A stretch of 64,000 nucleotides of DNA from Schizochytrium sp. TIO01 (lineage: Eukaryota; Protista; Bigyra: Labyrinthulomycetes). Positions 34,001 through 47,795 of the stretch are shown piece after piece. Below the pieces are notes generated by a model, which had not been told where the DNA came from, did not search any database, and saw nothing but the letters and a program-made list of their open reading frames with translations. The translations under genes and the position numbers were made by a program. Positions within the stretch are counted from its first letter, which is position 1; each line of letters starts with the position of its first letter. The DNA is taken from positions 3,882,747 through 3,946,746 of the forward strand of contig SMSO01000037.1 of assembly GCA_004764695.1 (NCBI GenBank), given 5' to 3'.

Positions 34001-36137
34001 ATGATTTCTGATGCAGGCAAAGAAAGTACTTCCGTCAGAAAGATAGAAAAGCAAAAATCTTAAAAAGAAAAGAAAAGAAATAAAAGATGGAAGAAGAGAA
34101 TCTGGAAGAACGATGGGTGAGTTCGAAATCAGATTTGATTGAGGTAGAACGAGCAATGACTTAAGATCTACCTACCATAGTACCAGAAGGTTGTGAAAGT
34201 TTGTGCGAAAATCCGTAAAAGAGGCCCAGAGTTGAGCTTTACTGCCGTTGCTGCAATTGAGGACTGCACAACGCTTTTGAGATCCCTCTGTCTTTTTTGA
34301 GAGTCGGGATTTCGGGTCTCTTACCGAGAAATAACCTGCACAGCACGTTTTGCAGGCGCGGACGTTGGGGTCAATCAATCACATGGCTACTCTTCAATTC
34401 TTTTTCGTTTGAAAGAAAACTAAAAAGAAAAAGAGAAAAAATGATGTTCGAGGCCTCTAATTCCAAAATAATCTTTACACTTATATACTATGAGATAATT
34501 AGAAAGAGATCTATCTACCATTAAGTACCTGCTAGGTACCTGCTAGAGCTTTGTATTCACTTTGTCATTGAAATAAAATTAAATTGAAAACATTTTTAAT
34601 TTATGGCTAAAGAGACACCGTAATTGTACGTACTAGTCATGCAAGAAGGATGGGACAAGGATCGAAGTAGAGCTGAGAATATGGCAAGTCCCCAAGTGGA
34701 TCAGGAGTTTACTCGCGTGGCGCAGGAACTCTCCAAGGCCCGTCGGTCCTTATCTCTAAGGCTCTTCTCGCAGCCTCAATGTAGCCGGGTTGAAGTTTCC
34801 ATAGAAAACAAAACTGGACTGCAATGTTCCATGGCCGTCTGTCCAAAAAGAGACTTTGAAACATTGATTGCAGGCGTTTGTTTACTAAGCGTTAAAAAAG
34901 TCGATATGCCACGCGGAAGAATCGTCATTAAAAAAAGTAAAGGGTATTTTGAAAAGCAAAGAGAGTTCGAAAGCGGCTTGGAAGATTGATGGTCGCGATA
35001 GCGACTCAGATCTCCCTTTGTAGTCGCAGTAGTAGCAGGCGAAAGAAAGCCTCTTCGCGCCATCCCTCTTGTTCCGCTTGGCTTCTTATGTAGTCTCCAA
35101 GCACTCCGCAAGAGGTCACCGGCAGTGCCAGCCAGGTATCCCCCTTTTGCGTGATTTCGATGTTGAGTGAGCATGGACCACGGAGGTCTCAATCTGTGGT
35201 AGTGGCAGACTCGCGCTTTCGCTCAAATCTTTCCGACGATGTATAATGTCTCACCCCCTTCGCGAATTTAACTCGAAGTCAGAAATAAAGAAACAAGCGT
35301 ACGCCAGCTTCCACAGCGGTTGACCAGCGCCTTGGTCGCTTATAAAGGAAATGATAGATTGGTGGACAGCCTGAGGTTCATTCACTGATCGATCTATCGA
35401 TGGTTGGTTGGTTGATTGGCCGGTTCGTCATCAGCCTCCTCCTGGTGCTAAGTAGGTAGGCACTGCTTCTTCGCCACAATCTTCCAGGCTGGTTTTGTCT
35501 AGGAATTTGCGCGCGTCCGAGCGCAGTCTTTAAGCTTGGGAACAGCCTGAACCACAAGAGGGAATGGCGATGGGAGTGGCTGAGGGGACGCGGAGACTTT
35601 AATTCCCTGCTCAAAGAAACGACCGCCGTCTGAAAGAGCTAAAGAAGCCAAATCAAAATCCGGAGCCAACCCTCAAAGGGTGGAAATGAACCGTGGCATA
35701 AATAGTTTAGAGATGGCTAGCATATACCTCTGTTGCAATTTATTTGACCAATCCAGACCTTTTCCTGTTACTTTTCTAGGCGATTAGTTGGTAGGAGTAC
35801 CTTCAACCAACTTCGGAGTAACCTCCAAATCCTAGGATCTCGCATGATCATTTATTTATCTTTCCGGCTCCAAGTATAAGCTCCCATGATGTTTGGTAAG
35901 GCTATCGTTAGCGATCTCATTTCCTTTTACCTGTCTCGCCATGGAAAGCATCTACTGGTTACTACGTACCGCCCATGCTTTGTTCAGTTTCCTCGTGTTG
36001 GTTTCTTTCAATAGTTTTTGTTCATGCATTCGAAAAAAACAATAATGATCGGATCGTTTGTAGAGGCACGTTTATTCATTTATTGGGCCTAGTCTCATTG
36101 GCCATTCGTCTGGTAGCATTCATTATTTATTATCTCT

Positions 36138-36169
<32 letters not shown>

Positions 36170-36409
36170 TCCAAATCTACATCATGGCGGCCTGCACTGT
36201 TAGCGACCGAGCACTGCTAAAAGTCGAGGAAGCCGACGAAACCAGCGGCGGCCATGGAGAGAGATTGTTCTTCGCCGTCCGCGCCGCCTGGTCTTTCACT
36301 TCTCCGGCGCCCAGGCAGACAGCCGATCGGTCGGCAAGCGGAGGGGCCTCCACTGTAAACCTGCGAGGGCTACTGCTTTCACTGATTGATTTTCGAATGA
36401 GAACATGAA

Positions 36410-36525
36410 CAGAAAAGAAAAGAAAAGAAAAGAAAAGAAAAGAGAAGAGAAGAGAAGAGAAGAGAAGAGAAGAGAAGAGAAGAGAAGAGAAGAGAAGAGA
36501 AGAGAAGAGAGAGAAGAAAGAAAAA
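36410..36525. repeat. Compound purine pentanucleotide microsatellite (AGAAA)n->(AGAAG)n
   Basis: Seen directly. Confidence 0.95.
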
Positions 36526-39294
36526 GTTTGTATTGTGAGAAGCTCGCCTAATTCAGGGAACCCATTACACCATTGCTAGCTAGCTAGCTAGCTAGCTAGC
36601 TATAGCCGCTTCTTGTGCATCCATTCGTACGATATTTGCATGCACATACTATATGACATGAGGGTACAGAACGCGACGCGGCCATAGTTTCTGTCGTGGA
36701 GAGGCATAGGAACTCAGACGAAGCTGCGCTCCGCTCGCTTAGGGACGGCGGGACTTGGAACTCGCCTCGATCGGTTGGCACGGAGCTCTTTCGAGAGCCA
36801 AGGAAGGATCTCGTACGGCTTTCTTACATCTTGAGTCGTCATTATTTGATGAGGAGAAATGACTTTTGGCAAGATACTTAGCTATGGGTAGCAGCTTCCT
36901 TCTGCTGGGGCACAGTAGGTGCTCCGAGCTGCCAGCCAGACAGACAAAAAGAAAGCATGAGAGAAGGAGAGAAGGAGAGAAGGAGAGAAGGAGAGAGAGA
37001 AAGAAAGAAAGAGCGAAAGAGAGAAAGAAAAAGAGAAAGAGAGAGAAAAAGAAAAAAAGTAGCCGAGGTTGTTTTCTGTGTTTTTCTTCTCAATGAATGC
37101 CTCTCCTCAACTAAATTCAGTTTCTGACAACAAACTATCATTTTAGGTTTTAAAAAGAACTAATTGTGCTTAGGTATCTACTAGCCAGGGGCTTGATTGT
37201 ACATTTGCGATTCTTCGATGTATGCGAAACATGTTTTGAACTCGATCAAAGAATAACCATAAGAAATAAACGAGAGCTTGAGGAAAAAATTAAAGAAAGC
37301 GATATTTGCACTAATAGTGCTTGTGTCTCAACTTAGACTTTGCATAGACAAGGTGGAGAGGAGCTTTCAGGACTGAAGTGAGGTTTTAAAGTCGCACTAG
37401 CCGTATATAGAAGGTCAACTCAAGCACTTAGTTTTGGTTAATTGATTAATTATGCAATTAAAAAAACATATCCTATATTTATAATTTATTTCACGAAAAT
37501 TCCTTTAAGTTATTCTTTTTATTATTATTATTTCAGTCAGATCTCCTTTTGGGCAGACACCGACAGGTAGTACCTTCTTCGTTTCAAATCGAGAGCAACG
37601 CTCCGTCGACCACATAAAGAGACAGGAAAATCGCTGTCACAGTCGCCTTAATCACTTCATGCAGCATGATTCAGTCACGAGCGAGCCAGCGGAGAGTTCG
37701 AGTCTCTCTCAAGCTTCCTCGGCAAACCTTTAGCACGGGAAGGCCTTCAGTGATACTACTTATATATATTATATATTACACTTTTAAAAAAAGAAAAGAA
37801 AAGTTTGAAAAACGAAAGGAAACGAAAGAGAAATCGATCGCTTTCAACATAAGTAGAAAGGAATTGCGCCATGAGAATGTAATAAGGCAAGCCAACGAAT
37901 TTTCTCAGCTTGGAGAAGGGAGGAGTGCATATTTACATTTAATCAAAAAGAAAAGAAAAAAGAAAAGATCGTCGCCTTTGTTTCCACAGAAGTGTTCCTC
38001 TGTCCGAGTCAAATAGTTTTTGCAAAAGCCTGCGTACCCATACATACCATCATCAACCCATAGTTGATCTTCTGACCAGTATTCACTTCTGTGGTTGACT
38101 AACTAACTCACTATCTGTCCAACTAACGTCCTACTTGTGATCTTCGCGAGGGCCTCCGCGGAGACTCTCTCGTTGATCGGCCATTGCAGCAGCGAGTAGA
38201 CGCGTGATCAACCGTTCAGACAGCCAGCCAGCCAGACAGGTCCCGCGATCGGCGGCCATGCGAGGACAAATGGATGGATTCATCTCCGGCCAGCTATAGC
38301 TACGCGTCCGTCTGTTGGCTCTGCCGCCACGAAGATGGCGCGAATCGCCGACTCTCTCTCTCTCTCTCTTTCTCTGTGTCCTTGTCTTTTATGTGTTCTT
38401 TTCGCTACTCTTCTCGCTAGACCCTCACAAGCACTTGAGCGATGGGATGAGAGCTCGCTTTCTGTAGGGAGCAGTAGGATCTAGTTTGAACCACTTTGAA
38501 CAGGGGGCGAATCGAACCTAGCTGGCAAGAGCGCTGCTGTTGCGATAGAAGCGACCTTTGGGTATGTGTGTATGCTTTGTGTATGTATGCATGCGTGTAT
38601 GACACTGAGCAGTGAGAGAGGTTTTGAGTGATCGTTTTGACGTGAGTTTTTTACCCAAGTTAAGAGATTTTAACTTTTCCGACTAGTGAGAGAGTGAGGG
38701 AGCAGGTACTAGCTAGAAGGTAGACAGCCACTTGGGTACTTGAATATTTTGCAAATGCATTAAATTTAAACTACGCTAGCTAGTACGCCTGAGAAATAGG
38801 ATCGAATGAGCTACTGAATTGATACTACTATTATTATTAATTTAAATGAATTAACATTGTTATCAAAAACAAAACTTAAAGTTAAATAAAATGAATAAAG
38901 GATGAAATGGGCAAGTTTCAAAATGAAATAAAGGAAACTTCTTCTCAAAAGAAGAAAAAGGAATCATCAGTAGAAGAGCCTGATGGGAAGGTCTCATCAT
39001 CCATTTCATCCATCGGTGCACCTCGTCATCAGCTAATCACGAAGCTTTGCAAAAGCCACGACCTTGATTCCATCCAAGCTAGATCGGCTAGAGAGATAGA
39101 CACCCCCCCCCCAAAAAAATAAAATAAAATAAAAAAATAGTAATTAGGTAGCTTCTGCCGATCGAGCGTGTGAAAGAGTTCGTCGGAGCTCATTGGCGAC
39201 TTGCCTTTCATCTTGTTTAAAATAAACAAATAATAAATGAATAAAATCTCCTCCCGAACTACAGACCAAGTACAGATAAGCAAAGATTCATCCA

Positions 39295-39296
<2 letters not shown>

Positions 39297-39353
<57 letters not shown>
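39297..39353. repeat. (AGC)n microsatellite
   Basis: About 19 perfect units. Confidence 0.97.
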
Positions 39354-39684
39354 TAAAATACGCCAGAGAACACCCTTCCTGGAATCAATCAATCAGTGGC
39401 GCTGCGCCGGTCCTTCCCAGCTCTAGTTTGAAAAGCTTAGCGCGGCGCAGACCATCAGCTTACAGCACAGCACAGCGCAGCACGCCTGGATCTTCCTTCC
39501 AGCTCTCGAGATTATGCCTTCACGCGGGACTTACAGAACCTCGAGAACAGGAACTACGAGCTGCCAGCCAGCCAGCCAGTCAGTCAATCAGTCAGTGAGC
39601 CAGAGAGACAGACGAACACTTAGACGGATAGGCGTAGCATCCAAATACTCAGCCCTGGCGACCCAAGGAGCGCGCGCCTCCTTG

Positions 39685-39864
<180 letters not shown>

Positions 39865-42800
39865 CACAAGTAAGTCATAAGCACGTAGGCAGTCAGTCAC
39901 TCAGGCACAGACGCAATACACACACAGAGCAGTTAGTTCTCTTCGTTCGGGCAGGGCTTACGAGAGGACGGCTGACCTGTAACGCCGGCCAGCCAGCAGC
40001 TCGCGGAAGCGTGGGACGCGACGGAGGGAGAGAATGCATGGAAGGGTTCCTCTGCTGCGCTGTTTCTGCGAGCTTGGGGACTCCTCGTCGCGGCAGAAGG
40101 CGAGCGCGGCGGTAGCCGTTGCGGGGGCCTTCCTCTAGCTAGATCGACTCTGAGAGAGGCGGCACGCGATCTTCGGGAACCGAGAGTATCGCGCGTCATC
40201 TTGAGATTCGGGATCCTTTTCGCCGCCAAAAGTGGACTAATTGATTGATTGATTGATTGATCGATTGATTGATCGATTTGGTCGATCGTAGCAGATACCT
40301 CGAGGCGCGTTGGTAGGCTATACCAGCAGGGAGATTACTTCGTCTGCTGCAGAAAAGCTCATTCGTGATTCTATCGGCAGACAACAGGATACGTGTATGC
40401 ATCGAATATGTATAATGCACCCGTGATTTCAAGAGCTCACAACGAGTCGGCAGGCGCGGAAAGAGTCATCAAACCAGTGGATACACGTTTGTCTGTGATT
40501 CCTTAAAATACAGGACGAAAAACGCGAAAGCCAAGGCCTTGGTAACTTTAGGTTTTGGTTTCTACGTCGTCAGATCGATCCGCGTTTTTAGCTGCTCAGT
40601 AAGGTGGTCGAAATACCTCCCTGGCGCCCATGGGAGCTCCAAACAAGTGCATGGATCTGGCAGGAGCGACGGTCTCCGGGTGAATCAAATTACTTCTGAT
40701 GGTAGAGTCGACGGAGCCTCCGCCAGCCCGAAGCCAAGTCCCACCGAGGCGCGTCCTGACCGCTTGCCTGCTTGCCTGCTTGTGTGCTTTCCATAAGTAG
40801 ACCGCTAGACTCTACTTACCTTTGGAAGGTTCCAGCCAGTTAAGCTTTATTATTGTAAAAGTCTTTGTGAACGAAGAATTCGAGGGACGGCGAAAGGGCA
40901 ATCTTTTTTTTTTTTGTTATTCCGAGTTTGGTAGGTGATAGCTATAGCTAGCTAGCTAGCTAGCTAGCTATGTACCTCTTTTTAAAAGGTTAAGGCTCTG
41001 GACAAAGCAATACTTGTCACTCAAAGCAATCTCAATGCAATAGGCCGTGGTGTTTCTTTCCGACAGGGATTTTGTTTGCCTGAGAACGGCGCGCTCCGGG
41101 CTATGAAAGGGCGCCATGGACACATTGCGTGAGTTCCCCGTGGGCTTCTTCTGTGTGAGCAGTGAAAATTCCTTCGCGCGCCACCTTTGTAAAATTGAAA
41201 TGAAAGGTAAAATTGTTCTATTCACTTTTGTAACATTGAAAAGTTTCACTTATTATTTTTTAAATAATAAATATGTATATATGATTTAAAATATTTAAAA
41301 ACATTAAAAAGGAAGCATTAAAAAGAAAACATTTCAAGAAAACATTTCAAGAAAACATTAAAAAAAATTAAAATAAACATAAACGAAAACGAAAAAGATC
41401 ACGAGAAGAAGACATTACATTTCTAGGCATGGATGGACACAGACCATGGTTGCGTTTCGCTTTAACTGTTATTTGGAGGATCGACCACCTTATAATTTGA
41501 CAAAACGTCCCTTCAATGTGGTTTACGGAGGTGGACAGCTGGATCAAGCTATTGGCTCCAATAAAGGCAGAAATTATGGAACATGTTAGAACGTTGGAGA
41601 AGTGCGTCTTTAACGATCGGCCTTACTTCGTAAGCTTGCTCCTAGCCTTGAAATTCCGACACACCAGCTCAAATTGAGGAAAACGAAGGCGTCATTATTT
41701 CTGAAGTCGTCTCTTCTTCATATTTGAGAATTGAAAAAATAAAAATTCTTGTAGAATTTATAAGTACATTTCGAATTTTAATTTTTATTTAAACTAAAAT
41801 AATAATTTCATCCTTTGTACTGTGATATGTAATGAAAGGATAAAAAAAGTTAATGCATAGTACCATGTCTCAGCGTCTGCGAGTCTATGAGCCCTCGTGG
41901 GTCTTATAGACTTGCCAAAAGCAACCCCAAAAGATGTTCTACTATCACTTAGTACGAGCAGTACAAGCGGTCAGAAGAGCTCTCAGCTGGAGACTCAGGC
42001 AACTTCTCAGTCAATCTTGTACAAGCCGAAGATCTGAGGCTGTGTTCTTCTGGTGTTCTGTGTACTTCAGGATTCCTCAGGGAGGAGGCTTGCTACCATT
42101 CTTTCGCCATGATTGTGGGCCGACTGCCCTTTCTTGAGCCTAGCTAAGCAGTAGCTTTTGGCAGAATAGAACGTCAGGCATGATTTCTTGTTGTAACACA
42201 ACATTTGGCCACGTAAGTGGAACTTGTCAGTCGTCCGCTGTCTCAAAATTATGACTTCAAGTTTTTTACACTTGAATTTAATTTAAAATATTCTGAATAG
42301 CGTAGTTTTGCGAAACCTATTACAAAGTAACACTCGAGGACGTAACCAAGTCAGGATGACTCTCCTGAATTTGCTGCGGTATATTGGGCAATATGAACAA
42401 AGGTATCTCTTTTCCCAAAAGATGCGAAGGGGACAGAGCAGAGACATTTGGCAATTCTCAGGTCAAAGTAAAATGATGATGCTTATTATGTAGAGAGTGA
42501 AATCTATCAAGAACGCTATCTTGAGGGGCAACATATCAAGGTGTAAATCAGCACACTTCTACGATTAAGGTTTGAAGCACCTTTTTGTTGCTGTTTCGAG
42601 ACGTGCTTGACAATACGCAGCTGTTCTCTTTGTTCATTAGAACAAATTAAAAAATGAAGCACATGCAATTCGCATGCTTCTGCATAATGAGTGGTAATGT
42701 ATGCTCGAAAATTCTTTCTCTCGTGTCAGCAGTTCCTAGATACGTATAATTCATTCAAGAACTTGAAATGTCAGAATGCTTGATGGAACAAAAGAATCAA

Positions 42801-44828
42801 AGGCATGCTGGACGACTATTTAAATGCTACTTTTGAAGATGAGAAGCAAAGCGCTCTGAAGAGCACAGCTATCAATTGATTGTAAAATGAAAATAAAATA
42901 CTCGAGGCTTACAAATTTCGAAACACAACGTACTGCATAAGTTTTATAAGGGTTAGAGCTTTCTAATTTGTTAACCGTGAAACTTTGATTCTCCCTTGAG
43001 CTAGATCAACTGCCCCCCACAATAGTCGGCGCGTTTATAAGTGCTATTCTTAAATAATCTGGGTAGGATCTGCGTGCAGAACTCCAGTCCAAATTGAGAT
43101 GTTAAGAGGTAGGTATGTCTTTCCTGCGAATCGAGAAAATATCCCCGACAAGAAGGTCTTTTGCGGGTCTTAGGCAGGTTTCCTGCGTCGAAACTAAAGA
43201 AGAATGGGGGGAGGGGATATTCAGAAATACGCAATCCAAGCACGAGCGTTTGAGCATTATTCTGAACAGCTGTTTCTTTGGTTTGCATTCTTTGTTCAGA
43301 TGCATCTTCTTCACTTAATATCAATCAATGTCTGATTATGCAGATATTTCAAACATTCCTCATGTATCAGGTACCATTCTTATTGTTATCTTAAAGTGAA
43401 TTCTACTATGTTTCATTGCATTCTTTTCCTGGAAATAGTTTTGCAATCCTAGTTTATGTATAGTAATTTCTCGCTAAGCTTTAATAGTTTGCTATCTATA
43501 TATTTACGACGAGCTTTTACAGTCCCTTTGTGTATGAATTTGTCGAGCTCTGACAGGATATTTTTGGGGTGCAAGGTTCAATCTTGTTATATAGGTCAAA
43601 TTTGACAATATAACATAGTCAATACTTGTAAAAAAAAAAGGCACCTATGAACTTACTGCCCGAAGTTCGTTCACTAGAAAAGCGACCTGGAAATCAATAC
43701 ATCTAAATGGCTTACTACATGATGCGAAATCGGATGAAAATCAGTTTGGAGATTCGAAAATTTGCCCATGGAGCAATCGATATTCTTTGTTGCTGCTTTT
43801 CATTTTGGGATTGCATAGATTTCCAAATGAGCCATCAATATACATAGCTTTAGCTAAAGTTCGTTGAATTGAAATTCTAATTCGCCAGATCAGATTTGAT
43901 TGTTGCCCATAGTTCAAATTCATAATGCTCAAAATGAATGCTAGTGGAGTAAGTATGGAAACACCCTGAAACTTCAAATGATCACCAATAAAGGCTGTCT
44001 TTATGTTCTCCAAGCTGCAAAAACAGTTTCGCAAGTCAAGATTACCCGACTCAAGATTTGAATCCATATTTCGTTGAATTCCAATCTGAGGCAAATTATA
44101 CTTGATGAATTTGTTGGTGTACTTTAGACCTGCAGAGACTCGAATTGTAAGGAATATATCACATAGAAAGCTATATCGCTTATTGCACTGGCTCTACATG
44201 TACATGAATGCCTCGTGGTGTTAGGCCCTGATGAGTGAACGATCGCCAAACGAGCCGCAAATATGTTCTTTTACTCTATTACTCAACTACATTGGACCAC
44301 TATTGATCCTTCATCATTGCAACTGTCTTTGAAAACATGATTATTGTAAAACAAATTCAAATATTTTTCTGCAGGGATAGGCTCCATACTCTTGGGAGGG
44401 CTCTTTTGGGTAGAGCCTAGGCCTTTCTAAAATAACATTTACGCCTACAAACCGCCATATCTTTTCCGCCTTTTCCACCTTTTCCTGTTTTCGTCGGCTT
44501 AATGCACGTGGCTCTCGTGCAACGGCAGGAGAGCAGACTAAGAAATCATTGTTAAACTTTCTGTTCGCGGTCATGTTTAAGTTATCCAGAGAAGAATCAA
44601 TTTGAGGCTGCCGGAGTATATTGTCCCAAGCTTGTCTTCAGGTGTCAGTTAAGGTACAGTGGCAGAGAAAACTCTCAAGGTTTCGTGAGATCGCGTATAT
44701 ATCCATGCTTTTCTAATAATGTTAAAATGTTTTTTTTTTTGTTGTTTAAAAAAATGAGTTTAGAAACATTTTAAAAACGTAAAATATAAAGATAGAAAAG
44801 AGTATAAGTTTTCCTCAAAGAATCACAT

Positions 44829-44832
<4 letters not shown>

Positions 44833-44886
<54 letters not shown>
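44833..44886. repeat. (AT)n(AG)n compound microsatellite
   Basis: Seen directly. Confidence 0.95.
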
Positions 44887-46502
44887 TACAAAGCAATAAC
44901 AACGCAAAAAAGAACCTAAAACGGAAATGAATTGAACTGATTATGCATAATCAACTTTCGTGCCGTTCAAGACGCGATGAGCGGAAAGACCATTTGGACT
45001 CGAGTGCCTGAATATGTTTGTGCTCGATGTTTCAACTCTGCCGCTCTCCCTCTGTGTAGAAGAAACTCAAGCTGCGGTGGGAGAATGATATTATACTTTC
45101 TGCTGCGATGTGTGAATTTGCCCCGCTTCTCCGAACACGAATTTGCCTGAGAACCCAGAGAAAATGCGTCTCTTGATTTTCCTACCTCTATTGCAAGTTT
45201 TGTAGTGTGAGGGTTGCGCATTCGGTTACAAAAGTGGGAAAGGATAGACGCCTTTCTATGGTTCTCGCTCAAAATAAAAAACTCAGAAAGGCATTTAGAA
45301 AAAAAAAAGCCTTTCAAAGATCCTGCACTTGTCTTTCAGGCCGCGACGGACTTTATTTGCATTGGTGGGCCCAATTACCTCTTTCAGGATGAAACTGGTT
45401 CTTAAGATCGATGCATCATGTCAGCCGCCTGCGTTTCCATCGACAGGCCGTGTCGCTTTGTCATTCTCGGTTGTTAGCTGGGTGTGCCAAACTCAAATTC
45501 ACCCAGGCTTCCAGGGGGGGTCTTAGTGGCAGGTCTGCGTGCTCATTTTTGAGTTCGTTCGATAATTCAAACACTTAAAACTGACAAATAACAACGGTAT
45601 TTTACAACGAAAAGTGTTACCTCATGGAATCGTCCTTACAGGAGCTTATGGAATTCTTGAGAGGCAGTTTGCACCGTCTACGAAATGCTGCTGCCTGAGT
45701 GAACATGAACGAGCGCAAGTGAACGGCAAAAACGAGTTCAAGGATGAGCTTGGAGCTCGCAAGTTGGCCGTGGAAGGTCACCCAGAGCCCAAAAGTGCAA
45801 TCAGTTCAGGCTTCCCAGATGTCTGCCAAAGTTCGTTCGAGCCTCACTTTTTCCCACTTGGTCTCCTTACTCCCTCTCATACAGAGCCGTCTCATTTTTT
45901 ATTTATATTTTTGTGAAATAAAACAAAATGTTACTTTCTAAACTTAAAAATAAAAATAAAAATAGAGATCTTTCTTGCACATTTCTGAAGCAGGGGTGGT
46001 TTACTACTCGAGCCCACCGCTATTATTCGTCATTTCGATCTTGAAAGTTCTTGATCCCCCCATACTTTCTGCCTCTTTCGAGTGCTCTGCGATTGAGCTT
46101 CGCTCTTGCGATTAATCTCACCTCCACCTTTGGGGCCTCTTTCTGTAGCGGCGCTGTGTCTTCCCGTTGCTTGCTCACGGCTGGAGCGCTCGGCGAATGA
46201 GAGCACAAAAATTTTCGGTCCGGGTCAGTCCACAACAGCACCACAGGGGGCAATACTTGAGAGAAACTCCTCGAGCAACTCCTTCGTGGGTGGGGACGTG
46301 GGTGAGATCGTCTCGTGAACCTCGCTCGCCTTGCGCCGCAGCGAAGGCCGCAGGTATGCGCTCTCCACGGCAGTTTCGCCTTGAGCCGCCCAAAACAAAC
46401 GAAGATCGTCCGTCTGCCTCAATAACTAACTCTAGAAACCATAATCACAAACAAATGCAACGAATCAAACCCAACGAGTGCTTCTTTGTCTGTCTATGTG
46501 CC

Positions 46503-46630
46503 TGTTTGTTTGTTTGTTTGTTTGTTTGTTTGTTTGTTTGTTTGTTTGTTTGTTTGTTTGTTTGTTTGTTTGTTTGTTTGTTTGTTTGTTTGTTTGTTTG
46601 TCTGTTTGTTTGTTTGTCTGTTTGTTTGTC
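46503..46630. repeat. (TTTG)n microsatellite
   Basis: About 30 units with a few TCTG variants. Confidence 0.97.
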
Positions 46631-47735
46631 TGGAGAAAGAGGGATTTTCTAAAGGACAGACACTTACTTATACTGGCCGGCCGGACCATTTGAAGGAGCC
46701 CAAGAAAGACGTGTCTATTGCTAGAAAGGCATGAAAGAAGAGGAAGCCTGACCTGAGACGGCTTGAGAGTTGATGGACGCAGAGCAAATGAGCCGACCCC
46801 GCGGAAGGGCCGGCGGAGAGGACGAGAGATTCTCTCCGTGTCGACCTAATCTGATGAGGCCCTGGGATCCGTGCTAGCTGACTAGACCTACTTATCTCTG
46901 GCGCAGCCTTTTTCTCTGCTGCAGAGAGAGAGGATACTAACTAATAACCGTAGAGGCTGGTTGCTGAAGAAAGGTTCGTATGCAGCTTTGCAAAATAAGA
47001 AGCGTACTTACTTACACGTTTTCATAGGTACTCCTGTTTTGCGAGTATGGCCAACCTCAAGAAACAGACGCTGATGGTATGTGAGGTCTGAAAGAACGCA
47101 CGTGGGCTTATTAAGTTGGTCACGTGGAGTGCAGACGCTTCCGGCTCCAGCGTCGAAGAACACGAGTGAGTGTTTTCTTTTCGTTTTAAGGAGGGGAGCT
47201 GAAATGTGAACAGAAGATAGATACCCTCTTTCTCCCTCGCTTTCTTTCTCTCTCTGTGCAAAGTAAGGAAGTCTACGAACTGCTTTTATAGAAGCGTTTT
47301 CACCTTTACGCCGCAGATTTCTCGCCATTGCTAGTCGAATGAGCTATTCCTGTCCGTCTGAAGCACGTGGAAAGTCTGCTGGTTCATTCGCCAGCGAACG
47401 AAGAAGTGCAAAACGAAGAACAGCGAATGAAGAAATAAGATTTCGAGGCAAATAAAATAAAACCTGCGAATAAGCCTCCATTTCAGGATATTCTTCTTTA
47501 GAGCCCGGGAGCCTCGTTCGTCATCAATCTTGGTTCAACGAAGAAGAAGATCGCTCGCATGGAATATCGTTTGTAACCCAAGTCAAACTATCATTCTTCA
47601 GGTTAACAAGCAAAGCGGGGCGTCATAACTCCTTCTTCTCGAATTGACACGTTAGGATGGTTCAACCGGACGACTCCGCGAGGCCCTTCTCTGCAAGCAC
47701 TCTGTGGCAGATTGTGGAAACTTATGAAAGACCCG

Positions 47736-47795
47736 CATTCATCGCTCGTCATTCATCATTCGTCATTCATCATTTGTCATTCATCATTCGCCATC
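47736..47795. repeat. 7-bp minisatellite TCATTCR (alternating A/G, 14-bp higher-order period)
   Basis: tcattca tcattcg tcattca tcatttg tcattca tcattcg. Confidence 0.85.

Noticed and set aside
34624-34989. 121-aa protein-like ORF in the desert (similar: 26503..26862, 45614..45916, 52162..52458, 57258..57515)
   Set aside because: No recognisable domain, and lengths are within what arises by chance.
44212-44254. Type III hammerhead-like arrangement (CTCGT..CTGATGA-stem-CAAACGAG)
   Set aside because: The invariant GAAA reads CAAA, the cleavage triplet would be GUG, and stem I is weak.
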